From assembly GCA_031379795.1 (NCBI GenBank), contig JANNFM010000334.1, forward strand, positions 1-41,749: DNA of 41,749 nt, written 5' to 3'. Source of the stretch: Alphaproteobacteria bacterium. Its GTDB lineage: Bacteria; Pseudomonadota; Alphaproteobacteria; Caulobacterales; Caulobacteraceae. The notes under the pieces are model-generated. The model was not told the origin of the DNA and did no database searches. It was given only the letters and a program-made list of their open reading frames with translations. Shown one piece after another: positions 36,560 through 41,749 of the stretch. A program made the translations under genes and the position numbers. Numbering within the stretch: the first letter of the stretch is position 1; every line of letters begins with the position of its first letter.

Positions 36560-37537
36560 TCAGGTGTGATTCGGCTCGGTGACCCGGATCAGGTCATTTG
36601 CCGCAGCAATCACCGTCTTCACCGGCAAATCCATCATGTGGCAGATCACCTGGTCAAAATTCGGATCCGAGGCCAGGATCTGGTCATAGCTGCGCGGCCC
36701 CCGCACCACCCGCGTCCACTCGCCCCAGGGCGCATAGAGCCGCTCATCGGACGGCCCGAACAGGCCGATGGTCGGCACACCTGCCGCTGCGGCCAGATGC
36801 ATCGCGCCGCTATCGTTGCCGATGAACAGCCGCGCGCGTTTCAGACAGGCGAAGGCGGTCAGCGGATCGACCTTGCCGGCCAGATTGATAAACCGGCGAC
36901 CGGCCGAATCCTTCAGCGACCGCGCCAGGGCTTCGTCCTCCGGACCGCCCAGCACCATCAGCCGCCCACCGGCCAGCGGCCCGTGGCCGTGCAGCAGCGT
37001 CATGGCCACCTGACTGAAGCGCTCGACCGGCCAGGTCTTGCCAATCCAGTTGGCGGCGGGGGCCATGGCCAGGATCGGGCCGTCGCCACGGGTCAACTCG
37101 TCGGCATAGGTCTCCACCCCCGGGCTGGTGAAGATGTGCGGCGGGGCCGGATCGTCCTCGATCTTCAGGGTGCGAGCGGCTTCCAGCACCTTGTGGATCG
37201 GCTGGCTGGTCTTGCGATGGATCGCGCGGCGCCGCGTGGTCAGAACGCTGGCGATCCGGGATCCCCGCAGATCAACGATCAGGCCCCACCGCGTGTGCCG
37301 TACCATGCGCCACAGATCGAACCAGTGGCTGCCGGTCTTCGATTTCTCGAACACGATCACCTGATCCAGGTTCGGCACATGGGCAAACAGGGGTGCCGCC
37401 GCCGGACCGGCGACAATCGTAAAGCGCGCGCCCGGGATTTCGTCGGCCAGCCGCTTGATCAGGCCCGACGACAGCACGGCGTCACCGATCCGGGTGGCGG
37501 TGATGAACAGGATCGGGAAACCGGCGGCGGGGGACAT
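36560..37537 (-). CDS. Glycosyltransferase family 9 (LPS heptosyltransferase-like)
   Basis: RIGDAVLS, K.WPVERF, NLAGK and FIGNDSGAMHLAAAAGVPTIGLFGPS. Confidence 0.92.
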   Translation of the reverse strand: MSPAAGFPILFITATRIGDAVLSSGLIKRLADEIPGARFTIVAGPAAAPLFAHVPNLDQVIVFEKSKTGSHWFDLWRMVRHTRWGLIVDLRGSRIASVLTTRRRAIHRKTSQPIHKVLEAARTLKIEDDPAPPHIFTSPGVETYADELTRGDGPILAMAPAANWIGKTWPVERFSQVAMTLLHGHGPLAGGRLMVLGGPEDEALARSLKDSAGRRFINLAGKVDPLTAFACLKRARLFIGNDSGAMHLAAAAGVPTIGLFGPSDERLYAPWGEWTRVVRGPRSYDQILASDPNFDQVICHMMDLPVKTVIAAANDLIRVTEPNHT

Positions 37538-37598
37538 TGGCGCCTCTATAGTCACGCAGGCTCTGGCGCTCCACCTCGCGCGGCCCCAGATTGGTGGG

Positions 37599-38420
37599 AT
37601 GTCAGACAGTGTCGCTATCGCGCATCTATCCAGCCGGGCCGTGATCGCGGTCGGGGGACCCGACTGGCGCAGTTTTCTGCAAGGCCTGCTGACCCAGGAT
37701 GTGGATACTCTGGCCGACGGCGAAATCCGCTTCGCCGCGTTGCTGACCCCTCAGGGACGGCTGCTCTACGACCTGTTCGTCGTGGGTCGAGATGATGGCG
37801 CGCTGCTCGACGTGGCGGCCGGGCATCGCGACGTCTTGCTGCAGAAACTCGTGATGTATCGCCTTCGGGCCAAGGTGGACCTGGCGGCCTCGGACATCGG
37901 TGTCTGGGCGGCCTGGGGCGGTGACCCTCAGGGCGGCTGGCTTGCCGACCCGCGTCTGGGCGCATTGGGGTGGCGGGGGTATGGCGCCTTCACCGCGACC
38001 ACCGACGAGGCCGCCTGTCAGGCCCACCGCCTGACGCTGGGTGTGCCCGGTCCCGCCGACTGGGGCAGCGAAAAAACCTACCCCATCGAAGCCAATTTCG
38101 ACCTGCTCAACGGCATCGACTTCAAGAAGGGCTGTTTCGTCGGCCAGGAGACGACCTCGCGGATGAAACGACGCGGCATGATCAAGAGCCGGATGCTGCC
38201 GCTGGTATTTCAGGGGCCGCCGCCGGCGTCGGGAGCCGAGGTGCTGGCAGGCGAATTGCGCGCCGGTGAGGTGCTGTCCGGTATCGAGGGCCGGGCTATG
38301 GCCTTGCTGCGGCTGGATCGGTCAGCGGCTGGTGGGTTGACGGTCGACGGCCGGGCCGTGCGGGTCGAGCGTCCCGAGTGGTTCGTCAGGGCGGTCGGCG
38401 AGGACCTCGCCCCCGCATAG
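37599..38420 (+). CDS. ygfZ: YgfZ/Iba57 folate-binding Fe-S cluster protein
   Basis: FLQGLLTQD, LTPQGR, YRLRAKV and the signature KGCFVGQE; ATG 37599. Confidence 0.93.
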   Translation: MSDSVAIAHLSSRAVIAVGGPDWRSFLQGLLTQDVDTLADGEIRFAALLTPQGRLLYDLFVVGRDDGALLDVAAGHRDVLLQKLVMYRLRAKVDLAASDIGVWAAWGGDPQGGWLADPRLGALGWRGYGAFTATTDEAACQAHRLTLGVPGPADWGSEKTYPIEANFDLLNGIDFKKGCFVGQETTSRMKRRGMIKSRMLPLVFQGPPPASGAEVLAGELRAGEVLSGIEGRAMALLRLDRSAAGGLTVDGRAVRVERPEWFVRAVGEDLAPA

Positions 38421-38466
38421 GCCGGGGCGCAGGGCAACGAACTCGAGCCAACCTACCCCAAAACGC

Positions 38467-38585
38467 GGTCATCCCGGACGGACGCCCGTGAAAACGGGCG
38501 GGAGATCCGGGACCCAGGAGCCCAGCGCGCCGCTCTGGGTCCCGGCGCTTCGGCCTGCTGGTGCAGGCCTGCGGCCGGGATGACG
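38467..38585. repeat. CGTC-tagged REP inverted doublet, copy 3 (nested hairpins in the loops)
   Basis: GGTCATCCCGGA...TCCGGGACCCAG and, as reverse complement, CGTCATCCCGGC...GCCGGGACCCAG; the loops contain CGCCCGT-GAAA-ACGGGCG and GGCCTGC-TGGT-GCAGGCC. Confidence 0.85.
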
Positions 38586-38679
38586 TTGAAATCTATGCAC
38601 GGGTTGTCGCGCGTTCTTTGCGTTGGGCCAAAGTTTTCAACCCTTGTCTCACCACCCCGGCTGCGGTGAGACTGCACCC

Positions 38680-39270
38680 ATGACCCAACCCTTGATCCGA
38701 TGCGAATGGCGCGGCATGGCCGGTGATCCGGTCTACGAGGCCTATCACGACACCGAGTGGGGTGTGCCGGAGTACGACAGCCGGGCGCTGTGGGAAAAGC
38801 TGGTGCTGGACGGGTTTCAGGCTGGCCTTGCCTGGATCACCATCCTGCGCAAACGCGACGCCTTCCGCGCGGCGTTCGATGATTTTGATCCCGAGAAGGT
38901 GGCCCTGTACGGTGAAGCCGACCGCGCCCGCCTGATGGCCGACGCCGGCATCGTGCGCTCCAACGCCAAGATCGACGCGGCCATCAACGGCGCCAAAATC
39001 TATCTGGCCATGCGTGATCGCGGCGAGGATTTCTCCGAGTTCTGCTGGGCCTTCACCGGCGGCAAGCCGATCCAGAACCGCTGGACCGGGTTCGGCGAGG
39101 TTCCCGCCCAGACCGAGCTGGCCGTCGAGGTCGCCAAGGCGCTGAAGGCACGGGGCTTCAAGTTTGTCGGGCCGGTGATCGTCTATGCCTGGATGCAGGC
39201 CGTGGGCATGGTCAATGACCACTTCGTGCAGTGCCACTGCCATGATCGGGTGAAGGCGCTGGTGCGGTGA
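38680..39270 (+). CDS. tag: DNA-3-methyladenine glycosylase I
   Basis: RCEW, YHDTEWG, LDGFQAGLAWITILRKR, GFKFVGP and VGMVNDH..C. Confidence 0.95.
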   Translation: MTQPLIRCEWRGMAGDPVYEAYHDTEWGVPEYDSRALWEKLVLDGFQAGLAWITILRKRDAFRAAFDDFDPEKVALYGEADRARLMADAGIVRSNAKIDAAINGAKIYLAMRDRGEDFSEFCWAFTGGKPIQNRWTGFGEVPAQTELAVEVAKALKARGFKFVGPVIVYAWMQAVGMVNDHFVQCHCHDRVKALVR

Positions 39271-39566
39271 TCAGGGTGTTGTGCCTCGTGGCCCTGCTTG
39301 CCGTCGGAGGCTGCGCGACCCCATCCAAGCTCGGCATTGGATCGGCGCTTGAGCGTAGTATTGTGGAGATTGCCCGCCGGGAAACGACGCGCCAACACCT
39401 CACGACCAAGGGTCAGGGTGTGTCTGTGACCGATGACGGCGAAGAGTGGTCAGTGCACTTTACGAATCCGCCTGATTTGCGGGGCGGGACAACTCTCGGT
39501 GGCGGCATCCATGTCGCTGTCAACAAACGCTCCAGGCGGGCTCAGGTCTACTATGTCGAGCAGTAG
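39267..39566 (+). CDS. Small putative lipoprotein of unknown function
   Basis: GTGA overlap with the tag stop; hydrophobic signal ending in VGGC; fills the gap between tag and rnhB. Confidence 0.65.
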   Translation: MIRVLCLVALLAVGGCATPSKLGIGSALERSIVEIARRETTRQHLTTKGQGVSVTDDGEEWSVHFTNPPDLRGGTTLGGGIHVAVNKRSRRAQVYYVEQ

Positions 39567-39591
39567 TCGGACGTGGGTTGGACCGACCTCC

Positions 39592-40179
39592 ATGCTTGAA
39601 GAGGCGATTTCTGGCCCAGTCTGCGGTGTCGACGAAGCCGGGCGCGGCCCTTGGGCAGGACCCGTCAGCGCCGGGGCCGTGATCCTTGACCCGGCGCGTA
39701 TTCCGGACGGCCTCAACGACTCCAAGAAGCTGACAGAACGCGCCCGCGCCGCTCTGGAGCCGCAGATCATGGTCTCTGCCATCGCCTGGGGCGTAGGCTT
39801 CGCCAGTGTCGAGGAGATCGATACCCTCAACATCTTGCAAGCCACGGGCCTCGCCATGCGCCGCGCGGTCGCGGCGCTGGCGATCATGCCCGCCCATGCG
39901 CTGGTCGACGGCAACTACCGCTTCGCCTTGCCATGCCCGGTCACGCCCGTCGTGGGCGGCGACACCAAATCCCTTTCCATCGCCGCAGCCTCCATCCTGG
40001 CCAAGGTCGCCCGTGACCGGCTGATGGTGGAGATGGACGCGCTCTATCCGGGCTACGGATTTGCGGGTCACAAGGGCTATCACGCCGCCGTCCATGTCGA
40101 GGCGCTCGCGCGGCTGGGGCCGTGTGCGATCCATCGTCGCAGCTGGGCGCCGATCAGGGCGTTGCTGGGCGAGCGTTGA
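39592..40179 (+). CDS. rnhB: Ribonuclease HII (start uncertain)
   Basis: [44 protein letters not shown] and HRRS. Confidence 0.96.
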   Translation: MLEEAISGPVCGVDEAGRGPWAGPVSAGAVILDPARIPDGLNDSKKLTERARAALEPQIMVSAIAWGVGFASVEEIDTLNILQATGLAMRRAVAALAIMPAHALVDGNYRFALPCPVTPVVGGDTKSLSIAAASILAKVARDRLMVEMDALYPGYGFAGHKGYHAAVHVEALARLGPCAIHRRSWAPIRALLGER

Positions 40180-40229
40180 TCTTCTGAATCAAGATTGACG
40201 GCTTGATCCTCCGGCGCGACGCCTTGGCC

Positions 40230-41288
40230 ATGACAGATGCTCTGATCGAGATGTTCCGTATCCAGGGTGAGGCGTGCACGCGTCTGGGATCCCCGTTTAA
40301 CGGCGGGCTCTGTCTCGCCGCGGCCGACGCGCTCGCAGAGGGCGATGAGTTGGCCGGGCTGTTTGCACCGTGGGCGAACGCCGGCCGTCGCAAGCTGTTC
40401 GAGGACGCCGTGCCAATCCGCTTCCTGGGCGCCTTGCACGATCTTGTCCTGAGCGGGCGCGCGCCAGACCTGGCGCAAACCTATCCGTCGCCCGGGCGGT
40501 CATCGGATCTGGCGCTGGCGTGGGCGGCGGCGCGACGGGTGCTCGAGCCTGAAAACGCTGTCCTGGCCCACTTCATGGCGCATGAGCCGCAGACCAACGA
40601 GGTCCGGCGCTCGGCCTGCCTGGTGGGCGGGTTCCTGACGGTGGCGCAGACCTGGGGCCTGCCGCTGCGGACCTTTGAACTGGGGGCGAGCGCTGGTCTG
40701 AACCTGAACTGGGACCGCTTCCGCTATGAGCTTGGCGGCGCGACCTGGGGCGATCCCGCATCGAAGGTCTGGATGGATAGCCAGTGGGACGGCTCGCCGC
40801 CGCTGGTGGCCGCGGATTGCACCGTAATTCAGCGGGCAGCCTGCGACCGACGGCCCGTGGATTTAACCGATCCGCTGCAGAGGCGCCGGTTGCTGGCCTA
40901 TGTCTGGCCGGATCAGTTCGAGCGGTTCGCCCGGATCCAGTCCGCCATCGACCTGGCGCTGGCCCATGACGTGGTCGTTGAAACGGCGGACGCTCCGCGC
41001 TGGGCCCGGGAACGCGCGGCACCGGTCGTTGGCGCTGCGACGGTCGTCTATCACTCGGTGTTCTGGCAATACATGCCGGCTGACAGCCAGGCCGCGCTGC
41101 GGACGGCGCTCGAGGTTCACGGCACCGCGGCCACGGAAGCCGCGCCGTTCGCCTGGCTGCGAATGGAGCCCCCACCGGGCAATCTGGCGTTGATGGATTT
41201 GCGCCTGACAATGTGGCCGGGCGGTGAGGAACGGGTGCTGGCCGAGGTTCATCCCCACGGCGCCGCGGTCAAGTGGCTGGGTGCCTGA
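40230..41288 (+). CDS. DUF2332-family protein
   Basis: PQTNEVRRS, ELGASAGLNL.WD, LLAYVWPDQ..R, HSVFWQY and HPHG..V.W. Confidence 0.85.
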   Translation: MTDALIEMFRIQGEACTRLGSPFNGGLCLAAADALAEGDELAGLFAPWANAGRRKLFEDAVPIRFLGALHDLVLSGRAPDLAQTYPSPGRSSDLALAWAAARRVLEPENAVLAHFMAHEPQTNEVRRSACLVGGFLTVAQTWGLPLRTFELGASAGLNLNWDRFRYELGGATWGDPASKVWMDSQWDGSPPLVAADCTVIQRAACDRRPVDLTDPLQRRRLLAYVWPDQFERFARIQSAIDLALAHDVVVETADAPRWARERAAPVVGAATVVYHSVFWQYMPADSQAALRTALEVHGTAATEAAPFAWLRMEPPPGNLALMDLRLTMWPGGEERVLAEVHPHGAAVKWLGA

Positions 41289-41369
41289 CCCGCAATTTCT
41301 CCACGCCAAGGTTACCTTAACACCCCGCCGCTATGGTTTCCGCATCCAGCAGAAGCCGGAGGGGAATGC

Positions 41370-41749
41370 GTGTCGATTACCCACAAGGGTCAAACCCACT
41401 ACGATATGATCGTCATCGGCAGCGGGCCTGCGGGTCGCCGCGCCGCCGTCCAGGGTGCCAAGCTCGGCAAACGCATCCTGGTGATCGAGCGGGGCCGCCG
41501 CGTTGGCGGGGTCTCGGTCCACACCGGCACCATTCCGTCAAAGACCCTGCGCGAGACCGTGCTGAACCTGTCGGGTTGGCGCGAGCGCGGCTTCTACGGC
41601 AAGGCCTACCGCGCCAAGCAGGACATCACCGCAGAAGACCTGCGCAAGCGGCTGGAAATCACCCTGCACCATGAAGTCGAGGTGCTGGAGCACCAGTTCG
41701 CTCGCAACATGGTCGACACCATCATCGGCTCGGCCCGGTTCGTGGACCC
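41370..41749 (+). CDS. sthA: Soluble pyridine nucleotide transhydrogenase, 3'-truncated by the window edge (absent from the ORF track)
   Basis: Manual translation from GTG 41370 after a GGAGGGG SD: MSITHKGQTHYDMIVIGSGPAGRRAAVQGAKLGKRILVIERGRRVGGVSVHTGTIPSKTLRETVLNLSGWRERGFYG... Confidence 0.9.
   Translation, partial: MSITHKGQTHYDMIVIGSGPAGRRAAVQGAKLGKRILVIERGRRVGGVSVHTGTIPSKTLRETVLNLSGWRERGFYGKAYRAKQDITAEDLRKRLEITLHHEVEVLEHQFARNMVDTIIGSARFVD

Noticed and set aside
6365-38585. Palindromic repeats considered as a CRISPR array, attC cassette array or tRNA/ncRNA genes
   Set aside because: They are dispersed rather than tandem with unique spacers. No cas or integron integrase gene is present, and they show no tRNA cloverleaf or T-loop consensus.
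38585-38641. GTTGAAA...TTTCAAC inverted 7-mer resembling CRISPR repeat ends
   Set aside because: Single occurrence with no repeat-spacer periodicity; a 7-bp match is compatible with chance.

Overview
GC-rich alphaproteobacterial chromosome segment, most likely Caulobacteraceae (Caulobacter/Phenylobacterium-like, judged from the PdeA-type GGDEF-EAL protein and the cox-thrC-M16-rimJ-pdeA-algH-prx gene order). It is mostly housekeeping: the end of the aa3 cytochrome c oxidase operon, thrC, M16 peptidase, RimJ-like GNAT, pdeA, yqgE/algH, peroxiredoxin, acyl-CoA dehydrogenase, tsaC/sua5, an FAD oxidoreductase, yaaA, SPFH-NfeD, a GT9, ygfZ, tag, rnhB and the start of sthA. Accessory-looking genes are interspersed: a subtilase, an MPG-type glycosylase, two amidohydrolases, an orphan hybrid kinase, a YceI plus cytochrome b561-YceI pair, vapBC, parDE, an ECF42-like sigma with a YciI partner, and a feruloyl-CoA-synthetase-like/TPP-enzyme/VOC cluster. 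I saw no rRNA, tRNA, CRISPR array, integrase or transposase. The least explained signals are (i) a secreted protein made of five tandem ~80-aa units, each with exactly four cysteines, and (ii) six intergenic palindromic elements from two families: three CGTC-tagged inverted REP doublets with covarying stems, and three ~150-180 bp four-hairpin elements, two of them near-identical. No cognate mobilising gene is present in the window. I cannot demonstrate a new multi-gene system from the sequence alone. Start codons were chosen by eye and family assignments come from motif recognition, not database searches.
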